Of a stretch of DNA of 64,000 bases, positions 27,020 to 38,800 are shown piece after piece. Position 1 is the stretch's first letter, and the number at the start of each line of letters is the position of its first letter. The translations under genes were made by a program, and so were the position numbers. Where the stretch lies: the NCBI GenBank assembly GCA_963732695.1, contig CAVTAP010000012.1, positions 95,601 through 159,600 on the forward strand, in the 5' to 3' direction. Source of the DNA: an uncultured Actinomycetota bacterium. GTDB taxonomy: Bacteria; Actinomycetota; Acidimicrobiia; Acidimicrobiales; SZUA-35. Below the pieces are notes generated by a model. It was not told the origin of the DNA. It saw only the letters and a list, made by a program, of their open reading frames with translations, and made no database searches.

Positions 27020-28207
27020 ATGGCCAAGCCGCTGGAGGGCATCAAGGTCCTCGACTTCACCCGGGTGTTGGCCGGCCCGTTCGCCACCCGCATCCTGTCC
27101 GACCTCGGGGCCGACGTGATCAAGGTCGAGCCGCCCGAGGGCGACATGACCCGCAACATCGGCAAGAAGATCGCCGGCATCTCGGGTTACTACACCCAGC
27201 AGAACGTGGGGAAGCGGTCGATCTGCGTCGACCTGCTCAAGTCCGAGGGCCAGGAGCTGATCAAGCGGCTGGTGGCCGAGGCCGACGTCGTCACCGAGAA
27301 CTACCGCCCCGGCGTGATGGCCGAGATGGGGATCGACTGGGACACGCTGCACGCCATCAACCCCCGGCTGGTCATGATGTCGATCTCGGGGTTCGGCCAG
27401 GAGGGCCCGGAGCGGGAGCGGGCGTCGTACGCCCCGATCATCCACGCCGAGACCGGGATCCTGCAGCGACAGGCGATGGTGACCGGGATGGACCGCCCGA
27501 TGGACCTCGCCCTGTCGGTGGCCGACACCACCACCGGCATGCACGGCCTGATCGGGCTGCTGGCTGCGCTCCACCACGCCCAGCGCACGGGCGAGGGCCA
27601 GCACGTCGACATGGCGATGATCAACGCCATGTTCTTCACCGACGACTACGTTCACCTGGCGGTGCACGGGTTGGAGGCCCAGGTGGCGGCGGGGCTGGTG
27701 TTCAACGCCACCGGCGGGCCGATCATGCTGGCCGGCGACGAGAAGTGGTTCTGGCGGGTGCTGAACACCCGCGCCGGGGTCGAGGACCCGACGCCGGAGG
27801 GGGCCGACCTGGAGACCAAGATCCGGCTGCGGCGGGCGGCGATCGACGAGTACCTCCTGTCGTTCCCCGACCGGGCGTCGCTGATCGCCAAGCTCAACGA
27901 GGTCAACCTGGCCTGGGGCGAGGTGAACGACGCCCGTACGGCGCTCGACCACCAGCGTTCGGTGGAGGGCCGCCAGGTGCTGGTGGACGTCGACGACCGC
28001 GACGGTGGCACCCGGCGCACCACCAATACGCCGTACCGGTTCTCCGGGCTCGACGCCGGCGTGTCCGGGGCGGCGGCCCATCGGGGCGAGCACAACTACG
28101 CTGCCGTGCTCGACTGGATCGACATCAGCGCCACCGAGCTCGACGCCCTCCACGAAGCCGGCATCCTGCTGCGCGACGACTCCGCCGAAGCCCCCGACCT
28201 CCGCTAA
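27020..28207 (+). CDS. CaiB/BaiF class III CoA transferase
   Basis: PLEGIKVLD, LGADVIKVE, NVGKRS, ENYRPG, ISGFG. Confidence 0.93.
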   Translation: MAKPLEGIKVLDFTRVLAGPFATRILSDLGADVIKVEPPEGDMTRNIGKKIAGISGYYTQQNVGKRSICVDLLKSEGQELIKRLVAEADVVTENYRPGVMAEMGIDWDTLHAINPRLVMMSISGFGQEGPERERASYAPIIHAETGILQRQAMVTGMDRPMDLALSVADTTTGMHGLIGLLAALHHAQRTGEGQHVDMAMINAMFFTDDYVHLAVHGLEAQVAAGLVFNATGGPIMLAGDEKWFWRVLNTRAGVEDPTPEGADLETKIRLRRAAIDEYLLSFPDRASLIAKLNEVNLAWGEVNDARTALDHQRSVEGRQVLVDVDDRDGGTRRTTNTPYRFSGLDAGVSGAAAHRGEHNYAAVLDWIDISATELDALHEAGILLRDDSAEAPDLR

Positions 28208-29200
28208 CGAAATTGCACGCCTATCTCGCGCTCAGCGCGAGTTAGGCGTGCAAGAAGCGGCGGCACATGTCGACCAGTCCCTGCGGATCGTCGACGTACA
28301 TCGACCACAGGATCTCCTGGATGTTCCAGCCTTCGGCCTTGGCCCGGTTGCGCTTGCGGTTGTCGCGCTCCCGTTCGGTGCGGCCGAAATGGAAGGCCAG
28401 CCCGTCGAGCTCCCACGCCTTCTTCCGTAGCGGCCAGGCCAGATCGGCCTGCATGATGAACGATCCGTCGGCGGCCAGGATCCGGTGCTCCAGCACCGGC
28501 TCGGGCAGGTCGTTGTCGACCAGCAGGTTCGACACCAGCCGGCTGAAGTCCGACAACGGCACCGTCCTATCGCCGAGCCGTATCTCCAGCAGCGTCCGCA
28601 GCTTGCCGCACCCGTCCCGGCCTTTGCGGGAGTGCCGGCTCAGCGTCCGGGCCATATCCGGCCAGGTGGTCAACCGCTGACGGATGGCCGACTCCACCAG
28701 ACGTTCCAACCGGCGCACGGTGACGACAGCACCACAGTCGAGCAAGGTCCGACTGATCCCCGTCACCGGGATGCCCCGGATCACGGTCTCGTCCCGCAAC
28801 GCCCATTGCGTGGTCAGATGGACGCGGGCCCTGGGCACGACGCTGTGGCTGCGGCGGGCGACGACGACCTCGGGGGTCGGGTGCTGGTACATGCCGAGCC
28901 CCCAGAGAGCTGCTGCCGATCGATGCGAGGCGACTCCGCCCGACGCCAAGCAGGCGCCAAGTAGACGCGACTCCCACGATTCGGCGACGACGGCGTGGCG
29001 ATAGACGCCCTTGCGCTCACGAATCCACGAACCAGCCGCCATGCGACGATGGATCTGGCTGGCGCTCATGCCAGCGGCGATCGCCTGGGAACGGGTGATC
29101 AGCCCGTACTGCCGCCGAAAGTGATGGTCGACGGTGTTCATGTACTTCCCCTTCTTGCACGTGTAAGTCGCGCTCAGCGCGACTTACACGTGCAATTTCG
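28208..29200. mobile_element. Candidate hairpin-bounded element carrying an AbiEi-like/DUF559 gene
   Basis: Terminal inverted CGAAATTGCACG; ~50-bp hairpins at 28208-28257 and 29151-29200; no TSD seen; mobility is inferred. Confidence 0.55.
28242..29141 (-). CDS. AbiEi-like wHTH domain + DUF559/Vsr-like endonuclease domain protein
   Basis: RQYGLITR.Q..GVY, SHRSAAALWG, IPVT..RTLLD, ADLAWP..ELDG..FH..D..RN..GW. Confidence 0.88.
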   Translation of the reverse strand: MNTVDHHFRRQYGLITRSQAIAAGMSASQIHRRMAAGSWIRERKGVYRHAVVAESWESRLLGACLASGGVASHRSAAALWGLGMYQHPTPEVVVARRSHSVVPRARVHLTTQWALRDETVIRGIPVTGISRTLLDCGAVVTVRRLERLVESAIRQRLTTWPDMARTLSRHSRKGRDGCGKLRTLLEIRLGDRTVPLSDFSRLVSNLLVDNDLPEPVLEHRILAADGSFIMQADLAWPLRKKAWELDGLAFHFGRTERERDNRKRNRAKAEGWNIQEILWSMYVDDPQGLVDMCRRFLHA

Positions 29201-29237
29201 GATGGTTGAAGGGGGAAGGGGCCGGCGGAGGCGGAAG

Positions 29238-31982
29238 TTAGGTGCCGGGGGTGGTGACGGCGTTGAGCACGTTGAGGTTGGCCGCCCGGCGGGCGGGGAA
29301 CACGGCGGCCAGCACCCCGGCCAGGGCGGCGAACAGGATGGCGAACACCAGCGACTCCCACGGGATCGACACCGTGTCGACGATGCCCTCGGGGATGGCG
29401 ACCACGGCCGCCGTGGCGAACAGCACCCCGAGCACGATGCCGAGCACCGCCCCGAACAGGCACACGATCACCGACTCCCAGCGGATCGTGGCCCGGGTCT
29501 GCTCCCGGGTCATGCCCACCGCCCGCAGCAGCCCGATCTCCCGGGTCCGCTCGATCACCGACAGCACGATCGTGTTGATCACGCCCAGGAACGCCACGAA
29601 CAGGGCGAAGGCCAGCAACAGGTTGATCAGCGTGATCAGCGAGTCGACCTGGCCCTTGGCCGAGTCGAGGTACTCGCCGGTGTTCTGCACCGCGATCGAG
29701 CCGAACCCGTCGGCCAGCGACTGCACGTCGGCCTGCACCGCCGTCCGGTCGGCCCCCTCGGCCACCGTGGCCCCCACGAAGAAGTCGTCGGTGGCCTTGA
29801 CGTGGCGCTCGTAGGTGGACAGATCGATCACGAAGGGGCTGTTGAGCACCGAGTTGTCGTCGAAGATCGCCGACACCGTCAGGTCTTCGGTCTGCAGGTC
29901 GGGGAACTCCATCGGCAGGGTGTCGCCCACTTTCAGCCCCCGGCTCTCGGCCTCGTCGGCGAACACCATCACGCCACCGTCGGTCAGGCCGTCGACCGAG
30001 CCGTCGGTCACGCCGAACGTGAGCAGCTGCTCGCCGGTGCTGGCGTTGTAGGCCGACACCGACGTGACCTTGCCGTCGCTGAGGCGCACCTCATTGGCCC
30101 GGAAGCGGCTGACCACCCCGATCCCGTCGACCTGCTCGATCTGGTTGGCCAGCTCGCCGGAGAACGCCGACCCCGTCTCGTCGTAGATGAACAGGTCGGC
30201 CTTGATCGCCCGCTCCAGGGTGGCGGCGAACGTGGTCTTGAGCGACTGGCCCACCACGCCCACGGTGGCCACCAGGGCGATGCCGATGGTGAGGGCGGTG
30301 GCGGTGGCCGCCGTGCGCTGGGGCGACCGGGCGGCGTTCTGGCGGGCCAGCCGACCCTCCAGCCCCGCCCCCGAGCCGCCGATGCCCACGGTCTGGCCGC
30401 CCCGGGCCAGGCTGGCCAGGATCGACGCCCCGGTGAGCACGGCCACCACCGACACCAGCATCTTGATCACGAACACGATGCCGGAGAGCGGGCCGCCGGG
30501 CAGGCCCTTGCCCACGGTGAACGTGAGCACGGGCAACAGGATGCCCATGCCCAGCAGCGCCACCCCCAGAACCGGGGCCCGACCCATCAGGTCGACCACC
30601 GGCCCGGCGAACAGCACGCTCAGCATGGCCACCCCCACGAAGGTGAAGATCGCCCCGAACGCCAGTGGCACCAGCACCGACGAGGCGCTCCCCCCGCCGA
30701 ACAGGCCGAGGCCCATCAGCAGCAGGCCGATGGCCAGCACCACCGAGCCGATCACGATGCGCCGGGTCCGCTTGGACCGCGACGGCGCCTCGTTGCGCAT
30801 GGCGGCGATGGGCGACACCCGCCCGGCCAGGAACGCCGGCATCAGGGCCGACACGATCGTCGCCACCAGGCCCACCACGAGCGACACGATGATCGTGCGG
30901 GGCGAGATCACCGTGGACGTCTCAGGGAACCCGCCCCCGGCCTGGAACGCCTTCTTGATCCCGAACGCCACCACCAGCCCGAAGGCGATGCCGATGACCG
31001 AGCCCACCACACCCACGATCACGGCCTCCACCAGCACGCCGCGCCGGATCTGGGCCCGGGTGGCGCCGATGGCCCGCAGCATCCCGATCTGCTGCAGCCG
31101 CTGGTTCACCAGGATGGCGAACGTGTTGTAGATGATGAACAGGCTGACGAACAGGGCGATGCCGGCGAAGGTCAGCATGGCGTTGCGGAAGATACCGATG
31201 ACCTGCTCGAACCCGGCGCTGAAGTCGTCGACGACCTGGGCCTGGTCGAGCACCTCGGCCTCCGGAGGCAGCACCGTCTGCACCGCCGCGATCATGTCGG
31301 CCGTGCTCACGCCCGAGGCCCGGGTGAGGGCGATCTGATCGACCTGACCCACCTTGCCGAACAGCTGTTGGGCCGAGGCGAAGTCGAACAGCACGTAGTA
31401 GGCGCCGGCGGCCACGCTCGGCTCCACGACGGCGGACACGGTGAAGGTCCGTTCCCCGCCCGGCGTGCTCATCCGCACCTGGTCGCCAACCGACACACCG
31501 GCGGCCTTGGCGTAGTTGCTGTCGATCGCCGTCTGGTCGATGCCGTTCGGCGGGGTGCCCTCGGCCGAGGTGATGAACGAGCCCGTGTCGCCGTTCCACG
31601 AGAACGAGATCACGGGCCCGCCCTGGGGCTGGACCCGGGAGCCGTCGTCGCGCAGGATCACGAACGGACGGAAGTTCTGTTCCGAGTCGACCCCCACGCC
31701 GGGGTCGGCCTCGCCCACCTCGGGCAGGGCGGCCACGGTGGCCACCAGGCTCTCGGGCAGGCTCACCGGGTCCTGGCCGAACTCGGGATCGGCCGCCTGG
31801 ATCTGGGCGTCGGTCCCGGCGGTGGCGTCCTCGATGAGGCTGGTGAAGGTTCCGCTCAGCGAGTCGCTGAGGATGAAGGCGCCCGACACGAACCCGACAC
31901 CGGCGACGATGGCGATCGTCATCAGCACGAGCCGGCCGAGGCTGGCCCGGATGCCCCGCAGGGCGAGCTTGATCATGGTCAC
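29238..31982 (-). CDS. ABC transporter permease, duplicated FtsX/MacB type
   Basis: IYNTF..QR..IGMLRAIGA and INT..ERTREIGLLRAVG. Confidence 0.93.
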   Translation of the reverse strand: MTMIKLALRGIRASLGRLVLMTIAIVAGVGFVSGAFILSDSLSGTFTSLIEDATAGTDAQIQAADPEFGQDPVSLPESLVATVAALPEVGEADPGVGVDSEQNFRPFVILRDDGSRVQPQGGPVISFSWNGDTGSFITSAEGTPPNGIDQTAIDSNYAKAAGVSVGDQVRMSTPGGERTFTVSAVVEPSVAAGAYYVLFDFASAQQLFGKVGQVDQIALTRASGVSTADMIAAVQTVLPPEAEVLDQAQVVDDFSAGFEQVIGIFRNAMLTFAGIALFVSLFIIYNTFAILVNQRLQQIGMLRAIGATRAQIRRGVLVEAVIVGVVGSVIGIAFGLVVAFGIKKAFQAGGGFPETSTVISPRTIIVSLVVGLVATIVSALMPAFLAGRVSPIAAMRNEAPSRSKRTRRIVIGSVVLAIGLLLMGLGLFGGGSASSVLVPLAFGAIFTFVGVAMLSVLFAGPVVDLMGRAPVLGVALLGMGILLPVLTFTVGKGLPGGPLSGIVFVIKMLVSVVAVLTGASILASLARGGQTVGIGGSGAGLEGRLARQNAARSPQRTAATATALTIGIALVATVGVVGQSLKTTFAATLERAIKADLFIYDETGSAFSGELANQIEQVDGIGVVSRFRANEVRLSDGKVTSVSAYNASTGEQLLTFGVTDGSVDGLTDGGVMVFADEAESRGLKVGDTLPMEFPDLQTEDLTVSAIFDDNSVLNSPFVIDLSTYERHVKATDDFFVGATVAEGADRTAVQADVQSLADGFGSIAVQNTGEYLDSAKGQVDSLITLINLLLAFALFVAFLGVINTIVLSVIERTREIGLLRAVGMTREQTRATIRWESVIVCLFGAVLGIVLGVLFATAAVVAIPEGIVDTVSIPWESLVFAILFAALAGVLAAVFPARRAANLNVLNAVTTPGT

Positions 31983-31986
31983 GGGC

Positions 31987-32769
31987 TCAGCCTCCGAGCG
32001 AGCGGATGCGGTCGTAGACCTGGTCGGCCGTGGGCTTGGCCATCTCGTCGACGATGTGGCCGTCGGACAGGAACAGCACCCGGTCGGCGTAGGAGGCCGA
32101 GCGGGGGTCGTGGGTGACCATCACGATCGTCTGGCCCAGGTCGTCCACCGCGGTGCGCATGAAGCTGAGGATCTCGGCCGAGGTGTGGGAGTCGAGGTTG
32201 CCGGTTGGCTCGTCGCCGAAGATGATGGCGGGCCGGCTGGCCAGGGCCCGGGCCACCGCCACCCGCTGCTGCTGGCCGCCCGACAGCTCGTTGGGCCGGT
32301 GGTTGAGCCGGTCGCCCAGCCCGGTGGCCGCCACCACCTGGTCGAGCCACGCCTTGTCGGGCTTGGCCCCCGCCAGGTCCAAGGGGAGGCGGATGTTCTC
32401 CAGGGCGTCGAGGGTGGGGATCAGGTTGAACGACTGGAAGATGAAGCCCACCTTCTCCCGCCGCAGCTCGGTGAGGGCCTTGTCGTTCAGGGTGGACAGG
32501 GCCACGCCGCCGATGAAGGCCTCGCCGCTGGTGAGCCGGTCGAGGCCGGCCATGCACTGCATCAGCGTCGACTTGCCCGAGCCCGAGGGGCCCATGATGG
32601 CGGTGAAGGCCCCCCGCTCGAACGACACGCTCACGGTGTCCAGGGCGTGCACCTCGGTGTCGCCCCGGCCGTAGATCTTCACCGCATTGACCGCCTGGGC
32701 GGCGGCCGAGTCGGACAGGGCAGCGGGCGGCGGCGGCAGGGCCGACGCGCTCGTTTCGGTCTCGGTCAT
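31987..32769 (-). CDS. ABC transporter ATP-binding protein (LolD/MacB-like)
   Basis: GPSGSGKST, LSGGQQQR, DEPTGNLD. Confidence 0.95.
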   Translation of the reverse strand: MTETETSASALPPPPAALSDSAAAQAVNAVKIYGRGDTEVHALDTVSVSFERGAFTAIMGPSGSGKSTLMQCMAGLDRLTSGEAFIGGVALSTLNDKALTELRREKVGFIFQSFNLIPTLDALENIRLPLDLAGAKPDKAWLDQVVAATGLGDRLNHRPNELSGGQQQRVAVARALASRPAIIFGDEPTGNLDSHTSAEILSFMRTAVDDLGQTIVMVTHDPRSASYADRVLFLSDGHIVDEMAKPTADQVYDRIRSLGG

Positions 32770-32931
32770 CTGGGCATTCCCTCTCTGCCTCGCCGTTACG
32801 GAGGTCCTGGCGGTCTGTGGTCTCCCGGACGTACTGACGGGCTGTACCCGGAACTACTTGTCCGGATGCCCCATCGTTCTTTCAGTGCTGCGTTCTTTCA
32901 GCGTCGTTCGTCCAATGCTGTTCAGCGTGCC

Positions 32932-34614
<1,683 letters not shown>

Positions 34615-34801
34615 GGGCTCGACGGTAGCGGAGGCGCTGACCGACACGATGCGCATGATGACGGGCCCCCACCGGCTCCGCCATCGGGCCCGCCCCCGGG
34701 CCCGGGGTGGGGCTGGCCCCCGGCCCCGTCGCCCTCCGCCCCGATGCCCGGCGACGGGTGACACACCGGCGAGCGGGGCGGTGACCGGGCACACTGGTGG
34801 G

Positions 34802-35794
34802 GTGCCCGAGGGAGACACGATCCACCGGACGGCCACCCGGCTGGCCGGTGCGCTGCTGGGCCACGCGCTGACCCGGTTCGACGCGCCCCGGGGGCTCGAC
34901 CGGCCCGCCCGCCGCCCCGGCACCACGCCCGGCCCCACGGTCGCTCCCGCCCGCGGCCCCGCCCTGGGCACGGTCATCGAGGCGGTGGAGGCCCGGGGCA
35001 AGTACCTCCTGATCCGTTTCGGCGACGGCTCGGTGCTCGAGACGCACATGAAGATGACGGGATCCTGGCACCTGTACCGCCCGGGGGAGCGGTGGCGCCG
35101 GCCGCCGTCGACGGTCCGGGTGGTGGTGGGCACCGACGAGTGGCTGGCCGTGTGCTTCGCCGCCCCCCACGCCGTGCTCCACCGGCCGACGGCCCCGTCG
35201 TCGCCGGCGCCGCCCGGGCCGGGGGTGCCGCCCGGCCCGACCCCGGTGGTCCGGCCCGAACCCGGCCCCACCCACCTCGGGCCCGACCTGTGCCGGCCCG
35301 AGCCGGCCCTGCCCGACGCCGACGTGGCCGAGATCGTGCACCGCCTCCGCACTCTGGTGCCGCCCGACACCCGGCTCGACACCGCCCTGCTCGACCAGCG
35401 CCTGTTCTGCGGGGTGGGCAACGTCTACAAGAGCGAGGTGCTGGCCGCCGCCGGCATCCACCCCGCCACCCCGCTGGCCGCCGTCGACGACGACACAAGC
35501 CGCCAGCTGGCGGCCATCGCCCACCGCCTGCTGCGGGCCAACCTGGGCCGCACCGACCGGGTGACCGTGCCCGGCGGGCTCGCCGTGTACGGCCGGGCCG
35601 GCCGCCCCTGCCGCCGCTGCGGCACCCCGATCGAACGGGCCCTCACCGGGCCCCACCATCGGAGCACCTACTGGTGCCCGGTCTGCCAGCCCCCGGCCCC
35701 CACACCGCATCGCGCCCCCACCCCGGCCCCCACCCCCGGCGTGGGCCTGTCGGCCCAGGTCAAAGGTGCGGGCCCGGCGGCGCCGGGAAAGTAG
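34802..35794 (+). CDS. nei: Fpg/Nei family DNA glycosylase (endonuclease VIII-like)
   Basis: N-terminal PEGD, RGKYL, HMKMTGSW, GVGNVY, zinc finger CRRC..CPVCQ. Confidence 0.9.
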   Translation: MPEGDTIHRTATRLAGALLGHALTRFDAPRGLDRPARRPGTTPGPTVAPARGPALGTVIEAVEARGKYLLIRFGDGSVLETHMKMTGSWHLYRPGERWRRPPSTVRVVVGTDEWLAVCFAAPHAVLHRPTAPSSPAPPGPGVPPGPTPVVRPEPGPTHLGPDLCRPEPALPDADVAEIVHRLRTLVPPDTRLDTALLDQRLFCGVGNVYKSEVLAAAGIHPATPLAAVDDDTSRQLAAIAHRLLRANLGRTDRVTVPGGLAVYGRAGRPCRRCGTPIERALTGPHHRSTYWCPVCQPPAPTPHRAPTPAPTPGVGLSAQVKGAGPAAPGK

Positions 35795-35802
35795 GCTGGT
35801 CG

Positions 35803-38800
35803 ATGATGTCCTGTGCTTCCTGTGGGCGCCCGGTAGCTCTCGATGCCCGGTTCTGCTCCCATTGCGGGGCACCGCAGGCCGCCACCACCGAGGAACGGCG
35901 GATCGTCACCGTCCTGTTCGCCGACATCGTGGGCTTCACCTCGCTGGCCGAGGGCATGGACCCCGAGGACGTGAAACACCTGGTGGACCGGGCCTTCGAA
36001 CGCCTGGCCCGGGACATCCGGGCCTTCGGCGGGGCGGTCGACAAGGTGCTGGGCGACGGCATCATCGCCCTGTTCGGGGCGCCCATCGCCCACGAGGACG
36101 ACGCCGAGCGGGCGGTGCGGGCCGGCCTGCGCATGCAGGAGACGATCGCCTCCCTGAACGACGCCGGGCCCCGGATCCGGATGCGGATCGGGCTCAACAC
36201 CGGCGAGGTGCTGGTGGGCACGACCACCGCCGGTGGCGACTACACGGCCATGGGCGACGTGATGAACTCGGCCCAGCGCCTCCAGACCCTGGCCGAGCCG
36301 GGTCAGACCCTGGTGGGGGCGGCCACCCGCAACGCCACCGGCGACGCCATCGCCTACCTGCCGGCGGGCGAGATGACGGCCCGGGGCCGGGAGCGCCCGA
36401 TCGAGGCCTGGGTGGCGGTGGAGGCGCTGCGGCCCCCCGGCCTGCACCGCCAGCGGGGTGTGGCCTTCGTCGGCCGCCGCCACGAGCTGGCCATGCTGGA
36501 GGCCCAGGCCCGCCTGGCTGTCGACGGCTCCCGGGCCCAGCTGGCGATCGTGGTGGGCGAGGCGGGCATGGGCAAGACCCGCCTGGCCTCCGAGGCGGCC
36601 CACGCGATGGAGCTGACCTTCGGGGCCGAGGTGATCGAGGGCCGGTGTCTGCCGTACGGCGAGGCCAACGTGTGGTGGCCCATCGCCGACCTGATCCGCC
36701 AGCTGTTCGACATTCCGCCCGACGCCGACATCGACGCCGGCGAAGACATCCTGCGCCCGGCCCTGGCCGCCCGGCTCGACGCCGCCTCGGCCCGGGACCT
36801 GGACCGCACGGCCACCGCCCTGCTCCACGCCCTGGGCTACGACACCCCCCTGCGGGGCGGCGACCGCAACCGGAACCGGTCGGAGGTGAAGCTGGCCTTC
36901 ACCACGGTGCTGGAGACCGACCTGGTCCACAGCCCGGTGGTGATGGTGCTGTCCGACATGCACTGGGCCGCCGCCGCCGTGTGGGAGCTGGTGGATCATC
37001 TGCTCACCGAGCTGGCCCGCCACCGGTTGATGGTGGTGGCCACATCGAGGGGCGGCGGCGACGACGAGCTGGCCCCCCGGGGCCGCCGCTACGGGCTGTC
37101 GGTGATCCAGCTCGGGCCGCTCGACGATCTGTCGGCCGCCGCCCTGCTGGCCGAGATGGGGCTCGAGATCGCGCCCAACGCCGTGGCCGACCTGGTGGAC
37201 CGGGGCGCCGGCAACCCCCTGTTCCTGGAGGAGCTGGCCGGGCTGGTGGCCAAGCGGGGCCTGGCCCCGCTCACCTGGGCCGACACCGATCCCGAAGACC
37301 TCCCCGCCACCCTGCGGGGGATCATCGCCGCCCGGCTCGACGAGCTCGATCCGGGCGAACGGTCGCTCCTGGAGGACGCTTCGGTGCTGGGCCGTACCGG
37401 CGCCGTGGAGGCCCTGGTGACCCTGGCCCACGAGATGCGGGGCAGCGACGACGTGCTGGCCGACCTGAACCGCCTGGTGGAGAAAGACCTGCTCGACCTC
37501 GACGGCACCCGCTACCGCTTCCGCTCCGATCTGGTGCGCGACGTCGTGTACGGGCGCCTGACCAAGACCACCCGGGCCCTCCAGCACTTCGGCATCGCCC
37601 AGTACCTGGAGAAGAGCCAGGGGCCCATGGTGCGCAACTCGGTGGCGGTGGCCATCGCCGAGCACTACCGGGCGGCGGCCCAGCTGTCGGCCGAGGTGGC
37701 CCTGGTGCCCGGGATCGACCGGGTCGACGTGGTGAGCCGGGCCCTCAACTGGCTCGACCAGGCCGGCGAGCGGGCCCTGATCGCCGGCGAGCCCCGTCAG
37801 GCCGCCCGCTGGTACGACTCCGGCGTGGCCCTGGCCACCGACGACGCCGGGCTGGCCTGCTTCGTCTACGGCCGGGCCAAGGCCCGCACCGAGATGCACG
37901 ACATCGCCGGGGCCCGGGCCGACCTCGACCGGTTGGAGGCGCTGTCCGACATCGATCCGGTCACGGCGGCCAAGGCCCTGCTGGTGCGGGGCGACGTGGA
38001 CCGCAAGGCCGGCGACCTCGACCTGGCGGCGGCCCGCCTGCGGGAGGCGGCCGACCGGCTGGCCGCCTTCAACGTGACCGACCAGCAGTCCCTGGCCCTG
38101 CGCCTGCTGGGCATGACCGAGATGGTCCGGGCCCACGACGCCCTGGCCCGCCAGGCGCTGGAGAGCTCCCGGGCCGTGGCCCTGGCCGCCGGCGACCGCC
38201 GGGGCGAGGCCTGGGCCCTGCAGACCCTGGCCTGGCACGCCTTCCGCCTGGGGCGGGTGGGGGAGGCCCGGGCCCTGGTGGAGCAGGCCATCGACATCTT
38301 CAACGAGATCGACGACCAGGGCGGGATCGTGTGGGCCCAGGGCGTGCTGGCCTGGGTGGCGTTCCACACCGGGGCCTGGGACGAGGCCCAATTGCTGGTC
38401 GACACCGTGCTGCCCGAGACCCGGCGCCGGGGCGATCCGTGGACCGAGGGGATCATGCTGAACCTCGACGCCGCCCTGCACCTGTGGTCGGGTCGGGCCC
38501 AGATGGCCCAGAACCTGGCCCAGGAGGCCCGCGACGTGGCCGACCGCCTCGACGACTCGACACTCGGGGTGCAGGCCAGGGCCCTGCAGGGGCGGGCCAT
38601 GGTGGCCCTGGGACGGATCGAGGACGGTACCGAGGTGCTGCTGGAGGCCTACTCCCTGGCCGACGTGGCCGACGACAGTGAAAGCCGGCGCCGGGCCGTG
38701 AGCTCCAACTGCGCCTCGGCCGCCCGGCTGGGCGAGCCGGAGCGGGCCATCCGCTGGGCCGCCCGGTTCGAGAGCCTCCACGAAGACCCCGGCGTGGTGG

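Noticed and set aside
28242-29141. Type IV toxin-antitoxin pair
   Set aside because: No AbiEii nucleotidyltransferase toxin on either side; the neighbours are a CoA transferase and an ABC permease.
28208-29200. Classical IS element
   Set aside because: No DDE, HUH or recombinase motifs and no target-site duplication visible.
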